This document shows positions 1 through 10,124 of a stretch of DNA of 64,000 bases, piece after piece. Location of the stretch: contig CACYSA010000003.1 of the NCBI GenBank assembly GCA_902777015.1, forward strand, positions 13,471 through 77,470, in the 5' to 3' direction. The notes under the pieces are model-generated. The model had not been told where the DNA came from. It did no database searches and saw only the letters and a program-made list of their open reading frames with translations. The stretch comes from an uncultured Erysipelotrichaceae bacterium. Lineage in GTDB: Bacteria; Bacillota_I; Bacilli_A; RFN20; CAG-826. Made by a program: the position numbers and the translations under genes. How positions within the stretch are numbered: position 1 is the stretch's first letter; every line of letters begins with the position of its first letter.

Positions 1-84
1 CCAATAGAACCAGGAACAACGTATCTCATTTGTACTGAATGTGGCTATGAAAATACTATTTACGATTTTTTGGCTATGAAATAG
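1..84 (+). CDS. 3' end of a CDS that starts upstream of the window (hypothetical, CxxC tail)
   Basis: Frame 1 is open from the window edge to TAG 82-84 (..PIEPGTTYLICTECGYENTIYDFLAMK*). No function can be assigned. Confidence 0.3.
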   Translation, partial: PIEPGTTYLICTECGYENTIYDFLAMK

Positions 85-132
85 AACGATAAAAATTCTA
101 TTCTAAGTTTAAAAAAGTGTTAAAATAAACGT

Positions 133-441
133 ATGGAAGAAAAAACAAAATATCAAATAGAAAAAGAAAAAGCTGAAAAAAGGGCTATTGAAAAAGAAAA
201 CAAGATTTTAAGAATTGTTTTCCCAGTAGTGGGCGTTGCCGCTTTTATCATTGGCCTATTAGGTTTTATTCTCACAGTTAACGCTGGTAAACCAGGTATG
301 ACCGTCTTCTTTATCATTATGACTCTTCTTGGTTTAGTGGGCGTCTTATATGGCGTTTTATTACTCGTCAGAATTAAAAAGCCAGATTTCCTTAAAAAGA
401 AGAAACCTGAAGAAGTCGAAGACGAAGTCTTACCAGACTAA
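133..441 (+). CDS. small membrane protein (K/E-rich N-terminus, two predicted TM helices)
   Basis: 102-aa ORF with hydrophobic stretches VFPVVGVAAFIIGLLGFILTV and MTVFFIIMTLLGLVGVLYGVLLLV. No family recognised. Confidence 0.5.
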   Translation: MEEKTKYQIEKEKAEKRAIEKENKILRIVFPVVGVAAFIIGLLGFILTVNAGKPGMTVFFIIMTLLGLVGVLYGVLLLVRIKKPDFLKKKKPEEVEDEVLPD

Positions 442-1511
442 TCTTTCTTTTTTAACAAATAATCTTTAGCGACATTAAAGAGCATCTTCTTAACGACTGC
501 TCTTTTTTCTTTAGGAGTCTCTTTCCAAAGCTGTCTAGCCGCAGGGAATTTAGATACTAATAAAGGAATCCATTCTCTTTCATTAGGAAACTTTTCGACA
601 TTCATCTTAAATAAGAAATCAAATATCGTATCGATGAACTGCCTTTTCATCTCTTCATCGTAATTATTTAAAGCGTAGTTAATCGTATTAACGATATGTG
701 TGCTTCTTTCTGTATAACTATCTTTATAAATAAAAGAATTATTATCAATTTCCCAAGAGAAAGCATCGTGTTGGAATAATAAGTTATTCGTGGAACTAAT
801 GATCTTCTTATAAGAGAATTCGTGCATTAAACGCCCAATAATTGATTCATTAGGAGTGTATTCACGAATCATTTTGCTAATCGCTTTATAATCTTCGTCA
901 TAACAAGTAGAAGGGAAGTTAGGAGCGTCAAAAGCATAAACCCCTAATATTCTATTAGTTTTATGAGAATGTTTAGCCGCGGTAATGGCTAATCTTCCAC
1001 CTTTAGAATGACCACCGATAAATACTTTCTTAAAAAAGAAAGAATCGATAACATCTTTTAAATATTTAACGGCTTCAACTTCACTAGGAACAGTTTCTAA
1101 ATAGGCCATGTTAAAGTCTTCTTTCCAACCGATAGTCGTGGAATCAGTGCCACAGAAAGAGACAAATGCAAATTCATGCAAGATAATTGTTATTGCTTGA
1201 AACTGCTTCTCTGCGACATGGTCTCTACTTTTCTTAAAGAAGGCAAAAGTAGCGCTTTTAAATCTAGAAGAAGAACATATTATTTTAGCAATTTCGATAT
1301 AATTTAACTTTCTTTCGTTAGCGTCAAATGGTGGTCGATAATTATTAATAAGTTTTAATACTTCTTTATTAGAGTGACGGTGATAATCTAAACCAATCTC
1401 ATCAAAAGGAACATAAGATACCATCGATAAAATTAGTGCATCTACTTCATTAAACGCCATCTCTTTAAATGATGTATTTTGATATTTCTTTAAATAATCT
1501 AACGGATACAT
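438..1511 (-). CDS. alpha/beta-hydrolase, DUF2974/Mbeg1-like lipase family
   Basis: 357-aa ORF with nucleophile-elbow motif GGHSKGG. Overall resemblance to Mbeg1-like proteins of Bacillota. Confidence 0.6.
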   Translation of the reverse strand: MYPLDYLKKYQNTSFKEMAFNEVDALILSMVSYVPFDEIGLDYHRHSNKEVLKLINNYRPPFDANERKLNYIEIAKIICSSSRFKSATFAFFKKSRDHVAEKQFQAITIILHEFAFVSFCGTDSTTIGWKEDFNMAYLETVPSEVEAVKYLKDVIDSFFFKKVFIGGHSKGGRLAITAAKHSHKTNRILGVYAFDAPNFPSTCYDEDYKAISKMIREYTPNESIIGRLMHEFSYKKIISSTNNLLFQHDAFSWEIDNNSFIYKDSYTERSTHIVNTINYALNNYDEEMKRQFIDTIFDFLFKMNVEKFPNEREWIPLLVSKFPAARQLWKETPKEKRAVVKKMLFNVAKDYLLKKKD

Positions 1512-1652
1512 GCTTATATATTATCACTAATATATGGAGATAACTGATTATTTTGATTTTAAAAAATAATTTCTGAGTGTATTATATATAGCATATAGCC
1601 TGTTATTAAAGCGATAATAAATGGCTATAAAAAGAATTAAAAGAGGTTAAAT

Positions 1653-3314
1653 ATGAAAGCGTGGCTAGTCGTTAACACATTCATGCACACAGTGAAGTTT
1701 AATAATCTATATAACATGCTCTCATTAGCGTTTAAAAAGCACCATGTTGATTTAGAAGTTAAAACTGCCTCTGATATCTCTTTAGAAGTCAACAAACCAA
1801 TTTTAAATAAACCAGATTTTGCCCTTTTTTGGGATAAGGATATATATTTAGCTAAACGCTTAGAAAATGAAGGCATTAAATTATTCAATAACGCTAAAGC
1901 GGTAGAGTTATGCGATAACAAGATTTTAATGTATCAAGAACTCGCTAGATGCGGTGTCAGAATCCCTAGAACATTTATCGCCCCTAAAACATTTGAAGGG
2001 CTTAATTATACATCTCGTGATTTCGTGGATAATGTCATTAATGAAATCGGTTTACCTTTGGTAATTAAAGAAGCTTATGGCTCATTTGGTGAACAAGTTT
2101 ATCTCGCTAACAGTAAAGAAGAAGCGAATAAGATTATTGATCAAATCGGCTATAAAGATTTCTTAATGCAAGAATATATCGCTAATTCTAAAGGTAGAGA
2201 CATTCGAGTCAATGTCGTTGGTGATGAAGCGATTGTTTCAATGTATCGAGAAAACCTATATGACTTTAGAAGTAATATCTCTAATGGTGGTACAGGTAAG
2301 AAATATGAACCTAAACAAAAATATTTAGATTTAGCAATTAAAGCCGCACAAGCTTTAGACCTTACTTTTGCGGGTGTTGATGTCTTATTTGGGGAAGATG
2401 ATGAACCAATCATTTGTGAAGTTAATTCTAATCCACAGTTTGCCTCTACATTATCATTTACCGGTGTTAATCTTGGTGAATATATCGCTGATTACATCAT
2501 GTCACTAACTATAAAACGTGGGTTAATAGTCTATGACTTTAAAGACGCTTTAAGAAATAAATGGTTTGTGAATAAATGTCTAGAAGAACTTAATAACAAA
2601 TCAACATCTTTAAGTTTTATTCATGAAGCGCAGTTAGATGAATATTTAGCTAAAAATAGTGATTCAACTGACTATGTCATTTATCGTGGTAGAAACCATC
2701 AATTAGTGGCCTCTCTTGAAGCTAAAGGCATTAAAGTTTTTAATAACTCTTTAACAAATAAACTCGCTAATGATAAATATCAAACATATGAATTTTTGTT
2801 AGACCATGATTTACCATGCGTTAAAACATCATTAGATTTCTCTAATATCAATCACTTTCCAGCAATTATGAAAAGTGTTTCTGGTCATGGTGGTGAAGAA
2901 GTCTATTTAATCGAAGATAAAGATGATCCACAATATGAGGCTCTTTTAAAAGAAAATCCAGACTTAACATTCATCTATCAAGAATTTGTCCAAAATAACG
3001 GAGATGTGAGAGTCTATGTCCTTAACCACAAAGTGGTTGTGGCTATTAAAAGAGTCAATCCTCATAACTATCGTAACAATTTCTCATTAGGGGGAGAGGT
3101 ATCAGTTTATCAATTATCTCCTGAGATGGAAGAAGCAGCGATTAAGGTATCAGAACTACTCGATGCTGACTTCATCGGTGTGGATTTCTTACTTTCAGAT
3201 AACGGCTTTATGATTAATGAAATTGAAGATCCAGTTGGTTGTCGCATGGTCTATCAAGCCACAAATATTGATATCGTCTCACTCTTCTGCAAGCACGTTA
3301 AGAATAATATCTAA
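1653..3314 (+). CDS. fusion of two RimK-type ATP-grasp ligase modules
   Basis: 553 aa. Module 1 has RDIRVNVVGDEAIV, FRSNISNGG, GVDVLF and ICEVNSNPQF. Module 2 has GDVRVYVLNHKVVVA, YRNNFSLGG, GVDFLL and MINEIEDPVG. Confidence 0.7.
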   Translation: MKAWLVVNTFMHTVKFNNLYNMLSLAFKKHHVDLEVKTASDISLEVNKPILNKPDFALFWDKDIYLAKRLENEGIKLFNNAKAVELCDNKILMYQELARCGVRIPRTFIAPKTFEGLNYTSRDFVDNVINEIGLPLVIKEAYGSFGEQVYLANSKEEANKIIDQIGYKDFLMQEYIANSKGRDIRVNVVGDEAIVSMYRENLYDFRSNISNGGTGKKYEPKQKYLDLAIKAAQALDLTFAGVDVLFGEDDEPIICEVNSNPQFASTLSFTGVNLGEYIADYIMSLTIKRGLIVYDFKDALRNKWFVNKCLEELNNKSTSLSFIHEAQLDEYLAKNSDSTDYVIYRGRNHQLVASLEAKGIKVFNNSLTNKLANDKYQTYEFLLDHDLPCVKTSLDFSNINHFPAIMKSVSGHGGEEVYLIEDKDDPQYEALLKENPDLTFIYQEFVQNNGDVRVYVLNHKVVVAIKRVNPHNYRNNFSLGGEVSVYQLSPEMEEAAIKVSELLDADFIGVDFLLSDNGFMINEIEDPVGCRMVYQATNIDIVSLFCKHVKNNI

Positions 3315-3363
3315 TCAGCATAAAAGTTGATTAGATTTTTGTTTTAGGGCATACTTTAAAGGT

Positions 3364-3879
3364 ATGGAAGGTGAATTGAATAACTTTGAAATCAATAACA
3401 CTCCGATAACCTTTACTGGTAAAACGGATAATATTGCCACTAGTGACGAACTAACGGCAACCCCTTTATATCAAGATAAAATGGGGACAAATTATTCTAA
3501 AAAGAAAGGTGTCGCTAGAGCGGTTACCACAGTGGGTATTTCTTTAATTATGACCGCTGCGGCTATTCAAACAGGAAGTATTATTTCTAATGCTTATGTT
3601 TTAAATCCACCTTCAATTAGTGATACTAGTTTCATTTATGAAAATCATGTTTTTTCTTATAAATTTACTGTGAAAAATAAACGTGGTTATAGCGTTTCTT
3701 ATCATCTTTTAGTTAATGAAAAAGAAGTGCTTAATAACGATTGCACAGAAGAGAAAGAATATGTTGGTAGTTATGACAAATTTAATAGTGGAGATGTTTG
3801 TAAATTTTATATCGCTTTCTCAAATAAAGTCGATTATTTACAAACTATTAGCCACTACGAGTTTAAAGTGGAGGATTGA
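3364..3879 (+). CDS. hypothetical membrane-anchored protein
   Basis: 171-aa ORF with a single TM segment (AVTTVGISLIMTAAAIQTGSII). The stop overlaps the start region of the next gene. The start codon is uncertain because the RBS spacing is poor. Confidence 0.45.
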   Translation: MEGELNNFEINNTPITFTGKTDNIATSDELTATPLYQDKMGTNYSKKKGVARAVTTVGISLIMTAAAIQTGSIISNAYVLNPPSISDTSFIYENHVFSYKFTVKNKRGYSVSYHLLVNEKEVLNNDCTEEKEYVGSYDKFNSGDVCKFYIAFSNKVDYLQTISHYEFKVED

Positions 3880-3881
3880 TT

Positions 3882-5027
3882 ATGACCGAAGTTAAAAAAG
3901 GCAATTGGTGGCAAAGAAAAACACCTGGTCAAAAGACAAGTTTCATTATTGGAGCAATTATATTTGCTCTCTCTTTAGCGGGTTTCATCGTTTTGATGAA
4001 CGGTAGAGCAATATTTGGTGATGAATTTGGTGACCAGTTCTTTGGTGAAGGCATTGATAACGGCTGGATAATTATTGGTAATAGTCTCATTAGTGGTGGC
4101 ATTAAATGGATTGTTAGTATGGTCACCATCTTTATGGGTATCACCTTCATCTTTATTGCGACATTTATCAGTCATTTATTCGATGCGAAAAGTAGAAAAG
4201 CCAAAACAATTTCCGCGCTTATTAGATCGCTCATTAAATATGTCATCATCATCGCTATTATATGTGTCATCCTCGTTGTCTGGGGTGTTGATGTTGTCGG
4301 CATTATCGCTGGCGTTGGTGTCTTAACGCTGATTATTGGTTTAGGCTGTCAATCTCTTATCCAAGACGTTATATCTGGTATATTTATCGTCTTTGAAGAC
4401 TATTTCGCCGTAGGCGATACAGTCATCATTGATGGCTTTAGAGGCACAATTATTGATGTTGGTTTAAAGACCACTAAGTTACAAGATTTCGGTGGTAATA
4501 TCAAATCAATTACTAATAGTTCCATTACCACAGTGGTTAATATGTCACGCTTAAGAAGCGTTGCTTCTGTGACATTATCAGTTTCATATAATGAAGATGT
4601 TGAAAGAGTAGAAGCTCTTATCATTCAAGAAATTGAAGCCTTAAAAGAAAAAGTACCAAACATCATTGATGGTCCTTGGTATAAAGGTATCGATAATATT
4701 TCCGCTTCTTCTATTGATTTCTTAGTTATCGCTTTTGTGGATGAAGCGAATCGTTTCCAAGTGACTAGAGACTTAAAACGTGAATTCTATTTGTTATTCA
4801 AGCGTGAAGATATTCAAATCCCATACAATCAAGTTACAGTTAATCCTGAAGATGAAAAGAAGCGTCAAAAAGCTTCTAAAGAAGAAATCACTTTAGCGTT
4901 ACAAGAACAAAGAAAATTACGCGGTCTTGAACCTATTCAAGTCAAAAAGAGTGGTAAAAAAGGCAATGTCTTAAAACGAGTGCAAAAAGCTTTTGATAAG
5001 ACAGAGCAAGAATTAGATAACAAATAA
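3882..5027 (+). CDS. mechanosensitive ion channel (MscS family)
   Basis: N-terminal TM helices followed by the MscS beta-domain signature GDTVIIDGFRGTIIDVGLKTTKLQDFGGNIKSITNSSITTVVNMS. ATG 3882 lies 6 nt after GGAGGA; the track start 3876 is a TTG. Confidence 0.8.
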   Translation: MTEVKKGNWWQRKTPGQKTSFIIGAIIFALSLAGFIVLMNGRAIFGDEFGDQFFGEGIDNGWIIIGNSLISGGIKWIVSMVTIFMGITFIFIATFISHLFDAKSRKAKTISALIRSLIKYVIIIAIICVILVVWGVDVVGIIAGVGVLTLIIGLGCQSLIQDVISGIFIVFEDYFAVGDTVIIDGFRGTIIDVGLKTTKLQDFGGNIKSITNSSITTVVNMSRLRSVASVTLSVSYNEDVERVEALIIQEIEALKEKVPNIIDGPWYKGIDNISASSIDFLVIAFVDEANRFQVTRDLKREFYLLFKREDIQIPYNQVTVNPEDEKKRQKASKEEITLALQEQRKLRGLEPIQVKKSGKKGNVLKRVQKAFDKTEQELDNK

Positions 5028-5042
5028 AAATAGAGTGGTTTT

Positions 5043-6965
5043 ATGAGTAAGAAATTAATTCCAATCATTCTTGTTGTTACCTCGATGGTAGCGTGTAATC
5101 ACACTAATAGCGTTGATACAAGTATCAATGGTTTAGATTATGACCATGCTTATCAAGAAATCGAAACGTTTTTTAATACACCTAATCTTGATTTCACGAT
5201 GAGACTCGCTAGTGGTAAAAAAAGCACATCTTTAATCTACGCCTATAGCGATGGAGAAGTGATTCTAGAATATCCTTACTCTAAGCCCGACTTAAAAGAA
5301 ATAACGACAAAAGATAAATCGTTCTTAGATGGTGATGGTTTTAAAGTCTATATCGAAAAAGATAACTCGAAGTTATTTGGTAATGGACAATTGAAACTAA
5401 AAGATTATTTCAAAGGTCCCGCCACGTTTTATAGCTTCGCGAACATTTTTACATTTACTTTGGATTTAAAAGAGCTTTCCACCAAAACTGGGTTATTTGA
5501 TAGTGATGCGTTGGAGCAACTCAATAATGAGCTATTTTTCGATTTAGGAAACGTTGATTTCGAAGTTTCTTTTACTAATGAACGAATAAACACAGTATCA
5601 ATGGTATTTGATGAATACGTTGAAGCGGCATATGGTGTCATAGCCCCGTTAAGAATCGTTTACGATATCAATAGTTATGGCGACAATTTCAGTAAAAGAA
5701 CAATCTCGCTTGATGATTTTCTAAAAGTAGATCAAGCAACTTATGATATTGTCGAAAAAGACTTTGCTTATATCGTGGATAGAGGCCAAGGTTATTCGTT
5801 TAGAAGCAATATCGATTCTCAAGATTATTTCATTAATGAAATACCAGGCGATACAGTCGTGGCGTATTTCGCTAGTCCTATTTATGGGGAAGAAAATATT
5901 GAAATATTGTTTAAAGATACTATTTTTGATGAACAAGCAGGAACAATTACCTGTTCTTTTGCGGGCAAGTTTTACACAATTTACAACGTTAGAGTAGTTG
6001 ATGGTAATGTTGCTGAAAGAAAAGACGAAATAGCATTTGATAAAGCAGATATTGCAGAAGAAACAGTTCGCGCTTATGACACTGATAACAATAGATTCTT
6101 AATAGCCTCTAATGGAAAAGTTCTAATATTTGACATTTCCACTCTTGAGATCGTAAAAGAGATTAGTGTTCAAGGCGATGTTATTAAGATACTTGTTCAT
6201 AATAATGTGTACCACATTACCACCTTAACTAAAAAGCATTCTGATGGCCTTGAAGAATCTTTAAATAGAGGCATGATTTATGTTATCGATAGAGGCTCTA
6301 TGGCACTTATTGAAAGCATCAATATTAATACTGCACCTGGCTATACGACCGTGGATAAAAGAGGAGACATTATCATCGCTCCTGAGCTCGGATTTAGATG
6401 CCATGTCTATATCTATCATCAAGCGAGTAAAACTTTTAGCTATTTGTCCAACAAAGAAATCGATTTCACTAGTGGGACATATCTAACTTACGATGAAGAT
6501 AAAGATACACTTATTGTTTGTGATAAAAGTAGTAGTGTTAAACCTATGTTCTTTGCTTATGAAAACGGCAAATACATTCGCGATACTAACCACAGTAACA
6601 AAGGCTTTGGAGGGCCAGACAACACAATTGTCAAACTCTTTTACAATGATTACTTTGTTTCAATCCAAAACAAGATCGTTAATGTGAAAGATTGGGAAAA
6701 TACGATAAGTAGAAGTTACATCTCCCTTAATCTAATTTACGGAGATAAATTAATCACATTCCCTGGTGATAACAATATTTATATTGTTAGAACTAATAAA
6801 AACAATATAACAGTCATTGTGAAATTTGATACATTAAGTGGTGAAATAACTAATTATTTCTCAAATGATAAAACCAATAATTTAACGTTTGGCTTTGTTA
6901 AAAATGGATTAATATACTTGTACGATAATGTCAAAAAGTCATTGATTGTATACGATGTCAATTAA
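5043..6965 (+). CDS. large lipoprotein, probably beta-propeller-like C-terminal region
   Basis: Signal peptide with lipobox (LVVTSMVAC at residues 10-18). 640 aa with repetitive beta-strand-rich sequence. No family recognised with certainty. Confidence 0.6.
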   Translation: MSKKLIPIILVVTSMVACNHTNSVDTSINGLDYDHAYQEIETFFNTPNLDFTMRLASGKKSTSLIYAYSDGEVILEYPYSKPDLKEITTKDKSFLDGDGFKVYIEKDNSKLFGNGQLKLKDYFKGPATFYSFANIFTFTLDLKELSTKTGLFDSDALEQLNNELFFDLGNVDFEVSFTNERINTVSMVFDEYVEAAYGVIAPLRIVYDINSYGDNFSKRTISLDDFLKVDQATYDIVEKDFAYIVDRGQGYSFRSNIDSQDYFINEIPGDTVVAYFASPIYGEENIEILFKDTIFDEQAGTITCSFAGKFYTIYNVRVVDGNVAERKDEIAFDKADIAEETVRAYDTDNNRFLIASNGKVLIFDISTLEIVKEISVQGDVIKILVHNNVYHITTLTKKHSDGLEESLNRGMIYVIDRGSMALIESININTAPGYTTVDKRGDIIIAPELGFRCHVYIYHQASKTFSYLSNKEIDFTSGTYLTYDEDKDTLIVCDKSSSVKPMFFAYENGKYIRDTNHSNKGFGGPDNTIVKLFYNDYFVSIQNKIVNVKDWENTISRSYISLNLIYGDKLITFPGDNNIYIVRTNKNNITVIVKFDTLSGEITNYFSNDKTNNLTFGFVKNGLIYLYDNVKKSLIVYDVN

Positions 6966-6988
6966 TAAAAGAACGCTAAATGCTTCTT

Positions 6989-7663
6989 TTAAATAAACAT
7001 CAATAGCACACCAACGCTTTGCACAATCGTGGAGACGAGCACAAAGATATGGAAGATGCCGTGTAAATTAAGATTCTTTTTACCAATCGCGTATAATAAG
7101 CAACCAACCGAATAGATGATGCCACCCGCTAAAACGAAGCCAAAGCTCAGTGGTGGCATATATAGAAAACCACCACAAAATAAGATTAACCAACCCATTC
7201 CTAAATATAAGAATAAGGAAATGATTTGAGCAATCTTATTTTTAAATAAGAAAGCATTTAATAAAATACCGACTAGGGCTAATCCCCATTCCACTAATAA
7301 CATGATTAAACCAATGACATTCGTGGTCATTAAAACAACACAAATAGGAGTGTAAGTTCCAGCGATTAACAAATAAATAGTGCAGTGATCAAGCACTCTA
7401 AATACTTTCTTATTAAAGCAATCTAGAGGCGTGGAATGATATAAACTAGAAACAAAATAGACGTCGATAATCGTGAAAACAAAGACTAAGATACTAAGAA
7501 AATATGTTGGAGAAATAATACCTCTCACAAATTGAATTAATCCAAAAACGAAAATGGCAAGAGCCACTGGAATACCAAGTTGATGGGTAATGGTGTTAAA
7601 TTTTTCTTGTTTAGTGGTGTAGTTTGGAATGCTAACACTTTCGATTGTCTCTTTATAAGTCAT
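6989..7663 (-). CDS. hemolysin III / PAQR family channel protein
   Basis: Seven hydrophobic segments, plus HQLG, SSLYHS, LDHCTIYLLIAGTYTP and HIFVL motifs typical of HlyIII. ATG 7663 is preceded by GGAGGA, so the 8 upstream codons in the track are rejected. Confidence 0.8.
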   Translation of the reverse strand: MTYKETIESVSIPNYTTKQEKFNTITHQLGIPVALAIFVFGLIQFVRGIISPTYFLSILVFVFTIIDVYFVSSLYHSTPLDCFNKKVFRVLDHCTIYLLIAGTYTPICVVLMTTNVIGLIMLLVEWGLALVGILLNAFLFKNKIAQIISLFLYLGMGWLILFCGGFLYMPPLSFGFVLAGGIIYSVGCLLYAIGKKNLNLHGIFHIFVLVSTIVQSVGVLLMFI

Positions 7664-7811
7664 TTTGCTTCCTCCAAGTGCCACCATAGTAAAACACTAG
7701 CTTATAAAGGTCAGTAAACTGATGAAATAAAAACTCTACCTCTTAATATAATTACTCTATAGAGAATAATTAGGAGTAGTAGAGTTATGTTTTTTCTATT
7801 ATATAGAAAGA

Positions 7812-8285
7812 TTAGAATAATTTGCTAAGTAAGATTGCGACTTTTTCTAATAGTTCCTTTTCTTCGTTTTTGAAGCGATCATAAATAGGAGCGTCGATAT
7901 CTATAACTCCTTTGACTTCATTATCCTTAATAATGGGGACAACAATCTCGCTTTTCGACAATGATGAGCAAGCAATATGACCAGGGAATTCATTGACATT
8001 TGGGACCACTAAAGTTTGCTTATTTGAAGCGGAAGTACCACAGACTCCTTTACCTAAAGGAATAATCGTACAAGCAACATCACCTTGGAAAGGTCCTAAA
8101 TATAAATAGTCATCTTTTCTTAAATAAAAACCACACCAATTGATATCTTCTAATTGGCTAAGAACTGCACTGACATTAGACAAGTTACTAACAAGTGGGA
8201 TATCTTTATCGATAATGGATTCGATTTGTTTTAATAATAATTCCATATTAGTAATATATCTTATTTCATTAAGATAATCATTCAT
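7812..8285 (-). CDS. GAF-domain protein (free methionine-R-sulfoxide reductase family)
   Basis: 157 aa. WCGFYL...LGPFQGDVACTIIPLGKGVCG pattern typical of the fRMsr/YebR family. Confidence 0.7.
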   Translation of the reverse strand: MNDYLNEIRYITNMELLLKQIESIIDKDIPLVSNLSNVSAVLSQLEDINWCGFYLRKDDYLYLGPFQGDVACTIIPLGKGVCGTSASNKQTLVVPNVNEFPGHIACSSLSKSEIVVPIIKDNEVKGVIDIDAPIYDRFKNEEKELLEKVAILLSKLF

Positions 8286-8326
8286 AATGCTTTGATTTTA
8301 TTAAAAATCTTATTAATATAGTTTAC

Positions 8327-8821
8327 ATGAATAGAATTTTAGTCATTGGTTGTCCAGGCGCAGGTAAAACTTATTTTGCTAAAGCATTAAGCAAGATTAT
8401 TGGTATTCCTGTTATCCATATGGACAATCTCTATTGGAATAAAGATAAAACAAGTATTTCTAAAGAAGAATTAGAAAATAAGCTTTTACCATATTTAAAA
8501 GAAGATAAATGGATTATTGATGGAAATTATCATGATACATTAAAACAACGCTTAGAATACGCGACAGATGTTTTCTTTTTGAATATGCCAAGAGAAACAT
8601 GCATCGAAGGTATTTTGGAAAGAATTGATCAACCAAGAGATGATATTCCTTGGGTTGAAACTAAAAAAGATGCGATTGATTTAATCGAATGGACAATTGA
8701 TTATGAAGATCGCACTAAAGCGGATGAAGAAAGATTATTAAAGAAATATAAAAAAGTTAACGTCCATATCTTAAGAACAAGAGCGGAAGTTAACAATTAT
8801 TTGTTGAGTTTAATTAAGTAA
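8327..8821 (+). CDS. P-loop kinase-like ATPase (topology modulation protein / adenylate-kinase-like family)
   Basis: Walker A GCPGAGKTY at the N-terminus. Size 164 aa, with an IIDGNY motif. Confidence 0.6.
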   Translation: MNRILVIGCPGAGKTYFAKALSKIIGIPVIHMDNLYWNKDKTSISKEELENKLLPYLKEDKWIIDGNYHDTLKQRLEYATDVFFLNMPRETCIEGILERIDQPRDDIPWVETKKDAIDLIEWTIDYEDRTKADEERLLKKYKKVNVHILRTRAEVNNYLLSLIK

Positions 8822-9958
8822 TTAATTTCTATTGGCTAAAGTGACATTGTCTTTACCATTGTTTTTCGCTGTTCTATTAGCGAAGTCCGCTAAATCGAGA
8901 ACATGGTCGAAGTTAAATGTTTCATCGACAGGTAAGACAACCGCACCAACGGAAACAGTGATGTGGAATTTTGGATAATCTTTGAATTTACATTCAGAGA
9001 TAGCTTTACGATATCTTTCACCAATACGGAGTAATTCTTCTTCACTAATATCTCTTAAGCAAACGACATATTCGTCGCCACCCCAACGGCAGACAAATGC
9101 TTCTTTTTCTTGTGATAAGATTTCAGCAATCTTCACTAAGACAACGTTACCAAATAAGTGACCATATGTATCGTTAACTGTTTTAAATGAGTCAACGTCA
9201 ACGAATAAGCAACCTAAGGTTGTCTTATCAGTCTTATTTTGATATGTCTCATCTAAGAATTTGGCTAAGAAGTTTTGATTAGCTAAACCAGTTAAGGAGT
9301 CGTGCATAGAAGCATATTTGAAGTTTTCTGTATAGCCTCTTAAACGCTTCGCCGCTATTAAACGCACTAATTCGGCAAAGTAACCAAGCATCATAGAAAC
9401 GAAATAGATTAATGTTAAACGGATTCTTAAGTTAACAGAGAAAACAGCGACTTGTCCATCAATATAAACAGGAGTGCCACCTGCTTGAGCAGCAGCTTGT
9501 TCAGCAGCGTATTTTCTAAAATCCGCTAGAGGCCACCAGAAGAAAGCAACCATAGCTAACGCTACTGGGATGACAACGGCAAAGCCTTCGATTAAACCAA
9601 ATGTAATGAAAGAGAATGCAGGGATTAATAAAATCCAAATATGTAAGAAGCCATCTGGGCCACCGTCATAGCAGAGATAGCCAAAGAAGACGACCATTAA
9701 TCCCATGAATATACGACGCCAAATGTTTTGACGTTTGTTAACGAATATTGTTAATAAGAATGTTGATAAGCAGATGACACAAACAGCGGTCATAATGATA
9801 CCGAATGTCTTATCTGTGTCTTTAATTAAGTGTGTAATTGAAGCGACAATAGAAATAAAGAAAAGTATCGTGGATAAAACGCAGACTAAGAATGACTGTC
9901 TAAAATTGTCATTCAAAAGACCATCAGTCGCTTTGTTGATAAAATTTTTGTATTTCAT
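8822..9958 (-). CDS. membrane-bound diguanylate cyclase (GGDEF domain, GGDEY variant)
   Basis: Polytopic N-terminus followed by DSLTGLANQ, FVDVDSFKTVNDTYGH and RWGGDEYVV. Start is uncertain (ATG 9958 or GTG 10036); neither has a strong SD. Confidence 0.8.
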   Translation of the reverse strand: MKYKNFINKATDGLLNDNFRQSFLVCVLSTILFFISIVASITHLIKDTDKTFGIIMTAVCVICLSTFLLTIFVNKRQNIWRRIFMGLMVVFFGYLCYDGGPDGFLHIWILLIPAFSFITFGLIEGFAVVIPVALAMVAFFWWPLADFRKYAAEQAAAQAGGTPVYIDGQVAVFSVNLRIRLTLIYFVSMMLGYFAELVRLIAAKRLRGYTENFKYASMHDSLTGLANQNFLAKFLDETYQNKTDKTTLGCLFVDVDSFKTVNDTYGHLFGNVVLVKIAEILSQEKEAFVCRWGGDEYVVCLRDISEEELLRIGERYRKAISECKFKDYPKFHITVSVGAVVLPVDETFNFDHVLDLADFANRTAKNNGKDNVTLANRN

Positions 9959-10124
9959 TTTAATATTTAATTGCCTTCGCTCTTCTATTATAACAACTCG
10001 TTTAATTATTATTAAATACTTTTTGATTTTTGTCACTCTTTTTTGTTCATTATTGCTTTAAAAGAGATACAGGTTTATGTATAATCAATCTCGTTTATAG
10101 GTAAATATACCTAAAGGAGTAATT

